A stretch of DNA of 64,000 nt, taken from positions 62,001 to 126,000 of the forward strand of contig NIVC01001331.1 in assembly GCA_002269645.1 (NCBI GenBank). Direction: 5' to 3'. Positions 38,185 to 49,601 of the stretch are shown one piece after another (within the stretch, counting starts at the first letter, position 1; each line of letters opens with the position of its first letter). A model generated the notes under the pieces. The model made no database searches, was not told the origin of the DNA, and saw nothing but the letters and a program-made list of their open reading frames with translations. Both the position numbers and the translations under genes were made by a program. This DNA is from Macrostomum lignano. Taxonomy: Eukaryota.

Positions 38185-38254
38185 CTGGATGTTGGCGGAT
38201 TGAAAACTTTTGAAAATCTGTTTATCAACAGGACATTCAAGCTTTTAAGCTTTA

Positions 38255-40045
38255 GGATTGCGAGATTCAAAGCTTCAGGATCGGGGAATTCAAAGCTTCA
38301 GGATCTGAGAACTTAAAGCTTCAGGATCGGGGAATTCAAAGCTTCAGGATCAGGGAATTCAAAGCTTCAGGATCGGGGAATTCAAAGCTTCAGGATCAGG
38401 GAATTCAAAGCTTCAGGATCAGGGAATTCAAAGCTTCAGGATCGGGGAATTCAAAGCTTCAGGATCAGGGAATTCAAAGCTTCAGGATCAGGGAATTCAA
38501 AGCTTCAGGATCGGGGAATTCAAAGCTTCAGGATCAGGGAATTCAAAGCTTCAGGATCAGGGAATTCAAAGCTTCAGGATCGGGGAATTCAAAGCTTCAG
38601 GATCAGGGAATTCAAAGCTTCAAGATCGGGGAATTCAAAGCTTCAGGATCAGGGAATTCAAAGCTTCAGGATCAGGGAATTCAAAGCTTCAGGATCGGGG
38701 AATTCAAAGCTTCAGGATCAGGGAATTCAAGGCTTCAGGATCTGAGAACTTAAAGCTTCAGGATCAGGGAATTCAAAGCTTCAGGATCGGGGAATTCAAA
38801 GCTTCAGGATCGGGGAATTCAAAGCTTCAGGATCAGGGAATTCAAAGCTTCAGGATCGGGGAATTCAAAGCTTCAGGATCAGGGAATTCAAAGCTTCAAG
38901 ATCGGGGAATTCAAAGCTTCAGGATCAGGGAATTCAAAGCTTCAGGATCAGGGAATTCAAAGCTTCAGGATCAGGGAATTCAAGGCTTCAGGATCTGAGA
39001 ACTTAAAGCTTCAGGATCAGGGAATTCAAAGCTTCAGGATCGGGGAATTCAAAGCTTCAGGATCGGGGAATTCAAAGCTTCAGGATCGGGGAATTCAAAG
39101 CTTCAGGATCAGGGAATTCAAAGCTTCAGGATCGGAGAATTCAAAGCTTCAGGATCAGGGAATTCAAAGCTTCAGGATCAGGGAATTCAAAGCTTCAGGA
39201 TCAGGGAATTCAAAGCTTCAGGATCAGGGAATTCAAAGCTTCAGGATCGGGGAATTCAAAGCTTCAGGATCAGGCAATTCAAAGCTTCAGGATCTGAGAA
39301 CTTAAAGCTTCAGGATCAGGGAATTTAAAGCTTCAGGATCAGGGAATTCAAAGCTTCAGGATCGGGGAATTCAAAACTTCAGGATCTGGGAATTCAAAGC
39401 TTCAGGATCAGGGAATTCAAAGCTTCAGGATCGGGGAATTCAAAGCTTCAGGATCTGGGAATTTAAAGCTTCAGAATCGGGGAATTCAAAGCTTCAGGAT
39501 CGGGGAATTCAAAGCTTCAGGATCAGGGAATTCAAAGCTTCAGGATCAGGGAATTCAAAGCTTCAGGATCAGGCAATTCAAAGCTTCAGGATCTGAGAAC
39601 TTAAAGCTTCAGGATCGGGGAATTCAAAGCTTCAGGATCAGGGAATTCAAAGCTTCAGGATCAGGCAATTCAAAGCTTCAGGATCTGAGAACTTAAAGTT
39701 TCAGGATCAGGGAATTCAAAGCTTCAGGATCGGAGAATTCAAAGCTTCAGGATCTGGGAATTTAAAGCTTCAGAATCGGGGAGTTCAAAGCTTCAGGATC
39801 GGGGAATTCAAAGCTTCAGGATCAGGGAATTCAAAGCTTCAGCATCAGGGAATTCAAAGCTTCAGGATCGGGGAATTCAAAGCTTCAGGATCAGGGAATT
39901 CAAAGCTTCAGGATCAGAGAATTCAAAGCTTCAGTATCAGGGAATTCAAAGCTTCAGGATCAGGGAATTCAAAGCTTCAGTATCAGGGAATTCAAAGCTT
40001 CAGGATCGCGGAATTCAAAGCTTCAGGGTCAGGGAATTCAAAGTA
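38255..40045. repeat. 23-bp tandem array (caggatcagggaattcaaagctt), ~75 copies, filling GalNAc-T intron 3
   Basis: 23-bp periodicity seen directly; most units carry GATC, GAATTC and AAGCTT. Confidence 0.98.
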
Positions 40046-40066
40046 CCGGAAGCACGGCAGGCCCAC

Positions 40067-40268
40067 CTCAATGACAGGGGTCACTACTCGAGTCCAGTTC
40101 TGCGCAATGCGGTGCAGCAGAGGCTCCAGCCATCCAGTGACGCACTCGCAGTGAGAATCTAGGAAAGTCAGCACGGCGCCAACGGCTTTTCGGGCGCCCA
40201 TCAGACGGGCGCGGATCAGGCCTTCGCGTTTGGCGGCGCGGAGAATGCGCACCTTTGGCGAGTAGAAC
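40067..40268 (-). CDS. GALNT: Polypeptide GalNAc-transferase exon 3 (DxH motif)
   Basis: [21 protein letters not shown]...[18 protein letters not shown]; splice phases 2/0 are consistent with neighbouring exons. Confidence 0.97.
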
Positions 40269-40429
40269 CTGGAAATAGGCAAGGCTAGATGAGAAGATCA
40301 AATGAATAAAAGTGAAAGGTTATTGCTCGAGATGACAGGTATCGCATTTTCAAAACTAAAAAAGGACTTTGTTTGCAAGGTGAAAGGGTATGAAGCTAAG
40401 GGTTAAGGAAGTGGGTGAAAAGGGATTAA

Positions 40430-40770
40430 GGGAGGCAGAATGAAGGGAGGCGGAATGAAGGTAGGCGGAATGAAGGGAGGGGGAATGAAGGGAGGGGGAA
40501 TGAAGGGAGGCGGAATGTAGGGAGGCGGAATGAAGGGAGTGGAAATGAAGGGAGGCGGAATGAGGGGGGGGCAGAATGAAGGGAGGCGGAATGAAGGGAG
40601 GCGGAATGAAAGGAAGCGGAATGAAGGGAGGCGGAATGAGGGGGGCGGAATGAAGGGAGGCGGAATGAAGGGAGGCGGAATAAAAGGAAGCGGAATGAAG
40701 GGAGGCGAAGCGAAATGAAGGGAGGTTGAATGGAGGCGGAATGAAGGGAGGCGGAGCGAAATGAAGGGAA
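40430..40770. repeat. 15-bp purine-rich array (gaagggaggcggaat) in GalNAc-T intron 2
   Basis: Seen directly. Confidence 0.93.
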
Positions 40771-41337
40771 TTTTAAGATAGAGGCGTTGCTTCAGGTGTA
40801 ACTGCCAATTACTGATATGATCTATTCATGTTCGTTTTTAATAGGTGAATCCGTATTCCCCTTCTAGAATATTCTAGAATGTTTTTTTTAATTTCGTATA
40901 GTGCTTGTCTATGTTTAAATACCCCGCAGTTAATCTTTAAGAGCAACTTAATTTTCAATAACGTTATGCTTCTCAACTCTTCTGCTTTTGGATCTGATCC
41001 AAATGAAACCCTGGTTTTCTTAATAGGGAAGTGGGATGAAGGGAGGGAAATGAAGGGTAGGGGTTAATGAAGGTGAGTGGGGAATAAATGGAGAACGGAG
41101 TGAGAAGAGAGTTGGGTGAAGAAAGTCAGGAAGAAGGATATGAGGGAGTGAATCTTCCTGTGAAATGAAGGGAGAGTGGAACGAAGGTAGAAAGTCAAAA
41201 AATGACTGCGACATGAAGAGAAAAGAGAATTAAAATACTAATGAAGAAGCTTGTACTTGGGAAGTTCACAAGGTTTACAATGAAGGACAATTGAATCTAG
41301 TCCAGCCGCCCCCAATCAGATCAGTCGATAGTCTCAC

Positions 41338-41630
41338 TTCATATATTCCTCTAGCGGTCGTTTGAGATGGTCGAGCTCAGAAGCATCGTCAACCAGTATA
41401 ACCTCGCGCAGCAGAGAGCCGGGCGATTTATTAATAACCGAGTGGACGGTGCGCAGCAGCACAGACCAGGCCTCGTTGTGAAAGCAGATAATAACGGACG
41501 TGTCCGGCAGCTGGCCGGCGTACACGGCCGATTTGCACTGGGCGTCGCGATTATCGCCAACGTCTCGATCTACCGAGATCATATCGCTGACGTACTGGTT
41601 GAATGCGTTCCTCTGCCAGCCGTCTTCTAC
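41338..41630 (-). CDS. GALNT: Polypeptide GalNAc-transferase exon 2 (start of GT-A domain)
   Basis: NAFNQYVSDMIS...LPDTSVIICFHNEAWSVLLRTVHSVI...EVILVDDAS; phase 0 in, phase 2 out (AA|gtgaga). Confidence 0.97.
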
Positions 41631-41689
41631 CTGCGTTTTTTTCAAGGGCAAGGTGAGAGCGCTTCCAACTAGGAGTTTCTGGCCAATTT

Positions 41690-43410
41690 AGGCGCCAATA
41701 ACTGACCAATTTTGACGCAAATAACTAACCAATTTAGGCACCAAAAACTGACCAATTTCAACACCACTAACTGACCAATTTTGACGCCAATAACTGATCA
41801 ATTTCAACACCAATAACTGACCAATTTTGACGCCAATAACTGACCAACTTTGACGCAAATAACTGACCAACTTTGACGCCAAAAACTGACCAATTTCAAC
41901 ACCAATAACTGACCAATTTCAACACCAATAACTGACCAATTTTGACGCCAATAACTGACCAACTTTGACGCAAATAACTGACCAACTTTGACGCCAAAAA
42001 CTGACCAATTTCAACACCAATAACTGACCAATTTCAACACCACTAACTGACCAATTTTGACGCCAATAACTGACCAATTTCAACACCAATAACTGACCAA
42101 TTTCAACACCAATAACTGACCAATTTCAACACCAATAACTGACCAATTTTGACGCCAATAACTGATCAATTTTGACGCAAATAACTAACCAATTTAGGCA
42201 CCAAAAACTGACCAATTTCAACACCACTAACTGACCAATTTTGACGCCAATAACTGATCAATTTCAACACCAAAAACTGACCAATTTCAACACCACTAAC
42301 TGACCAATTTCAACACCAATAACTGACCAATTTCAACACCAATAACTGACCAATTTCAACACCACTAACTGACCAATTTCAACACCACTAACTGACCAAT
42401 TTCAACACCAATAACTGACCAATTTCAACACCAATAACTGACCAATTTCAACACCAATAACTGACCAATTTCAACACCACTAACTGACCAATTTCAACAC
42501 CACTAACTGACCAATTTCAACACCAATAACTGACCAATTTCAACACCAATAACTGACCAATTTTAACGCAAATAACTGACCAACTTTGACGCCAATAACT
42601 GACCAATTTCAACACCGAAAACTGACCAATTTTGACGCCAATAACTGACCAATTTCAACACCAATAACTGACCAATTTTGACGCAAATAACTGACCAATT
42701 TAGGCGCCAAAAACTGACCAATTTCAACACCACTAACTGACCAATTTTGCTCTGGTGTGCCGCGACCCATGCTCGATTCCAAGTGCAGTCATTAATTTGG
42801 GGCTGGATTGGAATCTCGGCTTGGCTCGCTTGTGCAATTAACGGCCTTGAGAGCCAACCCCCCCAAGGCGCAGTGAAGTGTACATGCCTAACAATTGATA
42901 AAAGTTAGGGCCGCTGTACACTCCTGTGTGTGTGCCTGCGTAACGTATCCGCGCGCTTGTATGCCTGCTCAGGGGAGTCGGCGGAATGGGCAGTAATGCC
43001 TCTCGCCGGTTGTGTGCCTATGTCGCTTAAAGTGCGCCAGGGTGCACACAACCCCCCTGCCTCTAAAAAAAAAAACTGACCAATTTCAACACCAATAACT
43101 GACCAACTTTGACGCCAAAAACTGACCAATTTCAACACCAATAACTGACCAATTTCAACACCAATAACTGACCAATTTCAACACCAATAACTGACCAATT
43201 TCAACACCAATAACTGACCAATTTCAACACCAATAACTGACCAATTTCAACACCAATAACTGACCAATTTCAACACCAATAACTGACCAATTTCAACGCC
43301 AATAACTGACCAATTTCAACGCCAATAACTGACCAATTTCAACGCCAATAACTGACCAATTTCAACACCAATAACTGACCAATTTTGACGCCAATAACTG
43401 ACCAATTTCG
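41690..43410. repeat. 23-bp tandem array (ataactgaccaatttcaacacca) in GalNAc-T intron 1, interrupted by a SINE
   Basis: Periodicity seen on both sides of 42749-43075. Confidence 0.97.
42749..43075 (+). mobile_element. 5'-truncated poly(A)-tailed SINE inserted into the satellite array
   Basis: B-box-like gctcgattcc near the 5' end; A11 tail at 43065-43075; central region homologous to 59846-60010. Confidence 0.75.
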
Positions 43411-43532
43411 AGGCCTTTTGCAAACTTAACTAACTAATCTTGCCGCAAACATCCCACAATACGAACAAATCTTTCTTAGCGGCCTCAGCCAACAACAAGA
43501 AAATCTGTCTGGATTTTGAACACGCCAATCAC

Positions 43533-44039
43533 CTTTTTTCTCTCCGCAGCCGACAGTTTCTCTTTGTCAACTGTGACCGGCTGGCCACCCTCGCCGTGCT
43601 CCCGGCCGGCGGCCGAGGGCAGGCCGGACCACAGGGCGCGCACTTCCGGCGGCGGCGTCACAGCGAAGCCTCGGTCGGAGCCGGCAGCGCCAGCGGCTGC
43701 TAGAGGAGCTGCTCCTCCATTCCGCTGCGCCCCGCCGGCAACGGCCGCTGCAATGCTGTGCCGCCTGCCAAACAGCAGCTCGGCGCGCACCTCAGCAATG
43801 TCCTCCTCAACGCCCATGACAATTCCCGGCTGTAATTGTTGTCGCTGTCTGGCGCCAGCAGCTTCTAGCACCGCCCGCGGCAGCGGAGGTCGCAGAATTG
43901 GTGGCGGCGGCTGGTGTTTAGAACTGAATAAACTGCTGTTGAATCTGCTGCCAGTTGGGAGCAGAACCAGCATCAGCAGGGCGATGACTGCGCAGGAGCA
44001 ACCAACCAGGATCCAGCGAACTCGGCCTTTTAATCGCAT
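43533..44039 (-). CDS. GALNT: Polypeptide GalNAc-transferase exon 1 (type II membrane anchor and stem)
   Basis: Basic N-terminus, hydrophobic WILVGCSCAVIALLMLVLL, stem ending GEGGQPV; phase-0 donor AAG|gtgatt. The five exons total ~649 aa. Confidence 0.92.
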
Positions 44040-47000
44040 TTAGGCTGAGGAGATTGAGGGCTTTTAGGCTGAATGTCAAGTCATATTTCAATTTAAATCA
44101 TATGATACCCACTAATGTAGCAGTTTATATCAATATACCTTTTTTAGGCAAAAGAATTGAGAGTAGAATTTTTTGGGAAGAGTATCCAAAAGTTTTAATT
44201 TTTGCAGTTTAAATTTTTTGGTCAGTTTTTTTTAACAAACATTATATATATATACAAATTTATAAAAAAAGTTTTTTCTTTGGTTCTACTTTAGTTTAAT
44301 GCCAAATAAACATAGTTGAATGCCAACCTTAAGGCCTTGATAAAAATATGTTGGATAATTATTGCATTATATACACTAATATACCTTTAAGACTCATGGT
44401 CATACAATAAAATATTATATTACTCAGAAGCTACCAGTAGACAAATACTAATATTTAGATATATATTTAATAGATTAAAAACAATTTAAGGGCTGAAATT
44501 ATTAAAAAACACATTTTCTTAAAAATACTAACAATTCTTAAATTTAAAAAAGCTAAAAAATTGTAAAGATGACTATGTGAGTTTGACTAAATTGTTGAGT
44601 TTAGAAATTAGATTCAACAATTTTTTAAGCTTTAATCAACTTTAACTTCAATAAAGTTCATAATAAACTTAATAATCTTTAATAAAATATGCTTTTTCTA
44701 GCTTAAATAAACTCTAATTTCTAGACTCTACAATTTAGACAAACTCATATAGTCATTTTTACCATTTTTAGCTTTTCAAAATTCAAGAATTGTTAGTATT
44801 TTTTAAGAAAATCAGTTTCTTTATAATTTATATGTATTAAATTTTTTTTAGTTTAATACTTGTTGGACTAGTTTCTAGTATATAGTTCCATTTTTCTTTT
44901 AGTCTATATTTGATATTTTTATTTGAGAACTTAGCTTTTAAATTCTATTTCATAGAAACCTAAATTCTAAAATAATATTAAGCCTATAAAGGTATGGTGT
45001 TAGATTAGTTATAGCATATAATAGGCCTTAAAATCACTTTAATTTCAAGTTAATAATGCCACACTTATAAAGCCATTAGAAAAAAGTAGCAAAATCTTTT
45101 GCACTTTAAATCTTTGTCCCTTTTAATACCTATTCATCTGCTGATATTGCTTGCCAACTCATTTCAGTAAAGGACAAGGCACTTCACTTTATCTTTACTT
45201 GTTACTTATTTTGATTTAGAGAAGAGGCCTGGAAAGACCCAGAGATAATCAGATTTGAGTAGGTATAAGACCTTAAGCAAGCTGCAACTCCCTGTCTGCA
45301 ACTATTATTTTGTTGAACTTAAATTTAAAGTGCAAATGCAGCTGTTCAACTCTCGTCTAGTCGCAGGAAGTCACACGAAAAAACACACGAAATTCATATT
45401 TAGATGTGCAACAAAAATGCATCACATATTTAATCATACATAAGTCTAAATCAGGAAGATTACTACGAGTACGTTCACTGTACTGTATCAGTATATTTCA
45501 ATATTGTATCGCGTTGCCATGCCTTTGATGATGATGTGGACCGCGTTTCCTGTAAAGATTAACTCTCAAATGAGAGTTAAATCCTCAGTGTGTTATAACA
45601 AATCAGTTAAATGCTTTTATCAACTTTTTAAAGTAACTGAAAAGATATAAAACTCAGCGATGTTTGTAAGTGCGCTAAACGGAGCTTTTGTGTTCCATTA
45701 ATGAGTATTATAACCGATTTCCGGCATAAGCGCACAGGTAAAATTTGAGTCTGTCTGCAAAAGCGCGCGCTTAAAAGTAATACCGGAAATACGAGCTAAT
45801 TAAAAGCTCGTGTTGGTGACATGCGCATGTAAATTTGTAGATTGATATCCAAAAATTAGGTAGCTAGCTCCTACATGTATTGTCACTTTATTTTAGTTGT
45901 ACATGCACAAATTTTGAACGTTGAAACGTTAAAAACGTTTACAGAAAGTTTAAAAATATTGCTAGTAGCCAGGCTGGAAGGTTGCTAGAACAGCGGCTAC
46001 TCTGACCAAACTATAGTCCTGGGACCCCTTTTCGGGAACAGACGCTCGACTCATTGTTGATATACCATACATGGAATTGATTAAACCATGCAGAAAAAGT
46101 CAAATCGATCTATCTACACGATTAGCATGAAATCGTCAAATACGCTATTGCCCGTAATCTTACATGCGTGCTTGTGCAAAGCGACGTTTTAATTAGTGGC
46201 CGAGTCACTAATGAGATGTTACAGACGTTGGTCTACGTCAACGCAAGTCGCGGAATACACTACTTCCTAACTTTCTTTAAAGTAATATGATGACTTAAGT
46301 AGTATATAGAGCTTCTTATTGTCATTGACTGTTTTGCTTTGTTTTGATTTGTTCTTGACTTGCACTTGTCTATTCAATTTTTAGCGCCACACGAACGACG
46401 ATCACTACGGCGCCATTCGGACACCTACTTTGGCGCCATCCAGACTCCCAATATGCGCCATCCGGACACCTATTTCGGCGCCATCTAGCACTACCTAATT
46501 ATAGCTATATTTTCTTGTCAAATGTATTTCCCTTCACTTTGGTGCAATCGCAGAGTTTATTACTGTAAAAAGCGTTTATTACTATAAAATAGATTTTTAA
46601 ATCCTATTATTACACCCTTTATTACACCACCTCCTTTGCAGGTAGAGCTAACGCTTGTCGCTAATGGTTATTTTCTCTGCAAGTAACCCCTCCTCAACTG
46701 AAGGTCGCGAACTAAGCGCCCCCCCCATTTATAAGCCCCCCAAAAGCTCAAGCATGCGCTCTGTTCCCACTGCTTTTGAACACTGCACAATTTGCACCTG
46801 GACCAGCTGCAGTGCCGACCGCCCCCCCCCACACTCCGCTGCATTGCGCACCAAGCGCTGACAACTTCTTCATCTCTCACTCTCAGACCAAATCCGCATG
46901 AGCTGAGGGAAAACAATGGCAAGCGGAAGTGTTCCGCGGCCTATTATAATTGAGAGATGCGCAGTCTAAATCTGCTGTATAGCTGTATGCGAACTCCGCT

Positions 47001-47389
47001 CTTGCCACCCTCAACACACAAGTGTATAGAACCTGTTGTGCTTGGAGACGCGTCGCTGCCCACTCCACAATGCCCCCCCCTGTCTCTCAAACTCTCCTCT
47101 CTTATCTCTGCAGCGCATGCACTGCATGGCTGTTGTATAGCTCGCGTATACTCTTAAATGCGGTGGTGGCCTGCATGCTTTTCAACTGCACCATCTGCTT
47201 ATGGAAATTGTGTCCGTTTCCTTCCGCTGCATTGGGCTCTCCAAAATCTTCAAGGATTTTGTGCAAGGCTCCCGGAGCATAGAGTTTGCTCTGCATGCTC
47301 TACAAAGTATTCTTAATTCTCGACTTAGCGTGTTGCATGCAGGAATGCAGAACTGAATTATTTTTATCTACGAGGCGCCATTTTAGATC

Positions 47390-48075
47390 TATGTTTACGG
47401 GGGCAGTTTAAATCTTCGGGCGCCAGTTAAATCTACGGAGACGGTTTAATCTACGGGAGATGGTTTAATCTACGGGAGACGGTTTAATCTACTGGAGACG
47501 GTTTAATCTACAGGGCGCCGGTTTAACCTACAAGGCGCCGGTTTAACCTATGGGGCGCCAGATTACATTTACGGGGCGCTAGTTTAATCTACGGGGGCCA
47601 GTTTAATCTACGGGGCGCCAGTTTAATCTACGGGCGCCATGCAGTTTAAATATTTGGGGCGCCAGTTTAATCTACGGGGCGCCAGTTTAATCTTTGGGGC
47701 GCCAGTTTAATCTACGGGGTGCAGTTTAATCTACGGGGCGCCGGTTTAATCTACGGGGCGCCGGTTTAATCTACGGGGCGCCGGTTTAATCTACGGGCGC
47801 CGGTTTAATCTACGGGGCGCCGGTTTAATCTACGGGGCGCCGGTTTAATCTACGGGGCGCCGGTTTAATCTACGGGGCGCCGGTTTAATCTACGGGGCGC
47901 CGGTTTAACCTACTGGGCGCCAGATTACATCTACGGGGCGCCGGTTTAACCTACTGGGCGCCAGATTACATCTACGGGGCGCCAGATTACATCTACGGGG
48001 CGCCAGATTACATCTACGGGGCGCCAGATTACATCTACGGGGCGCCAGATTACATCTACGGGGCGCCTGTTTACA
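47390..48075. repeat. 20-bp tandem array (ggggcgccggtttaatctac, grading to ggggcgccagattacatctac)
   Basis: Periodicity seen directly. Confidence 0.95.
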
Positions 48076-49399
48076 TCTGAGGGGGGGGGGGTAATTTGTC
48101 TTCTAATGGCGCCAGATTATCCTTCAAGGGGCCTATAAGTCAACATAAATGCCTTGGTAGTCACGCGGCAATGTCAGTCGATCCCAAATTTTTTTATCCT
48201 GCCTTGCGGCCTGTCATCAAAAGATTTAATGGCACGAAAGAAATCCAATGTAGCTCCATGCATCAGTTCAATAGCAGGATATTTAGACAATAACTGAGTT
48301 GATGGCTCTGTGTAGAATTTATGGCTTGCTAAATGCATCGCATCAGAAAACTCGTACTCATGGCCTGCACTTGCCGAATATATATATAGCTTTGTCGCAA
48401 TTTGCTTTTAAAAAGCTTCTGACAGAGTTCTCGTAGCAATCTGTTGTATTGAGTTAACGGTTTAGTTAAGTTAAGTAAAAGGGGAGCAGCTAGCATTATA
48501 TATTGAGTGAGCATAGAGCTCAGAGCGGAACACGAATCCCCAGCAAACCTTATCTTATCTCTCGCACCCCTGCTTGCGGCAAGCCAGCTGCCCTCTCCCT
48601 CATCCTCCGTCAGGACCCACCCCGCCTGTCCGCAGATAAGCGAGGCAAACAGTCTGTCTGTCTGCATCTCTTGCCAATGTGCTCATTCAGGCTCCGTCCC
48701 CTTGCCTCTTCCTTCAGCCGTCAAATTCCTCTCTCTGCAGCTCAGCGCGCTCCCAAAGACTTGTCCCGTGCGATAAAACTGAGTTGGCTCCGATTCCTGC
48801 TCCGATTCCTCCCGCTTCGCTCTGCGCGTTCTGAAAAACTTTGAGGTTTTGTGGAGACAGCGAGGGGTGGGGGGAAGATATCCTTCCCCAGTGGCTGCTG
48901 ATTCTAAATCCTATCCCGCCCAGCTTCAGTCTTCATCCGAGTCTTCGAGGTCCACGGTCAGGAAGGAGGTAGGGAGGGTGCTCAAGCGGCCTCAGGCGGC
49001 CCCATCCGATGGGTGTAGCCCAGCCAATGACGAGGCTCCCCCAGCAAGCTCCAAAACTTCTGTCTCTCTGGAGGCGAGCACCGCCTGTGCCTCCCTGTCG
49101 GTTTTGAGCAGAGCAGAGGAGAAGAAGAGAGAAGCAGCGGAGCGGCGGAGCGGTGGAGGCTGAGGTGGGCGGCGGGCCAACCGGAGCAGCTCAACTGAGC
49201 CTGTCAGCTCCCCAGCCCGCCGCCTCCCCCCGCGGCCCCCAGCCCCCCTACTGAGCGAGGGTTTAAAGTCAAGTGTAATCATTTCCCTATGCTTTAGTTG
49301 GGAATTTATTTTCCGAGCAATCAAAGTTGGCAAATTTGCCCAAGAAGAACTGACCGGCTGTCCGACTTCTCCTCCTGCCCCTCTCGCCCCAGATCGAGT

Positions 49400-49585
49400 T
49401 TTTGTTTGCTCAAACACCGAGGCGGCTTATTGTTTGCGAGAGTTAAACTCGGTGGCACTGCTACTCTCCTTGTGCTGGCATCGAAGGCGATAAGGAGCAG
49501 CTTGCGGTTTGATCAAAAAGGACGAGTAAGGAAATTGAAAGACAAGCAATATTAGCATAGCGGTGAAGACTTATATAGAAAAGTG
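49400..49585 (+). promoter_or_regulatory. FoxA proximal region with forkhead-type sites and a TATA-like box
   Basis: TGTTTGCTCAAACA dyad at 49403-49416, TATTGTTTGC at 49428-49437, TATATAGAAA near 49572; GCCGCCATG context at the start codon. Confidence 0.45.
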
Positions 49586-49601
49586 CAGTCCCTGAGCCGC
49601 C

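Noticed and set aside
35063-40045. Regularly spaced repeats resembling CRISPR arrays
   Set aside because: No unique spacers and no cas genes; eukaryotic intronic context.
46390-46490. Repeated GGCGCCAT motifs as YY1 sites
   Set aside because: They lack the 3' NTT of the CGCCATNTT consensus and look like a degenerate short repeat.
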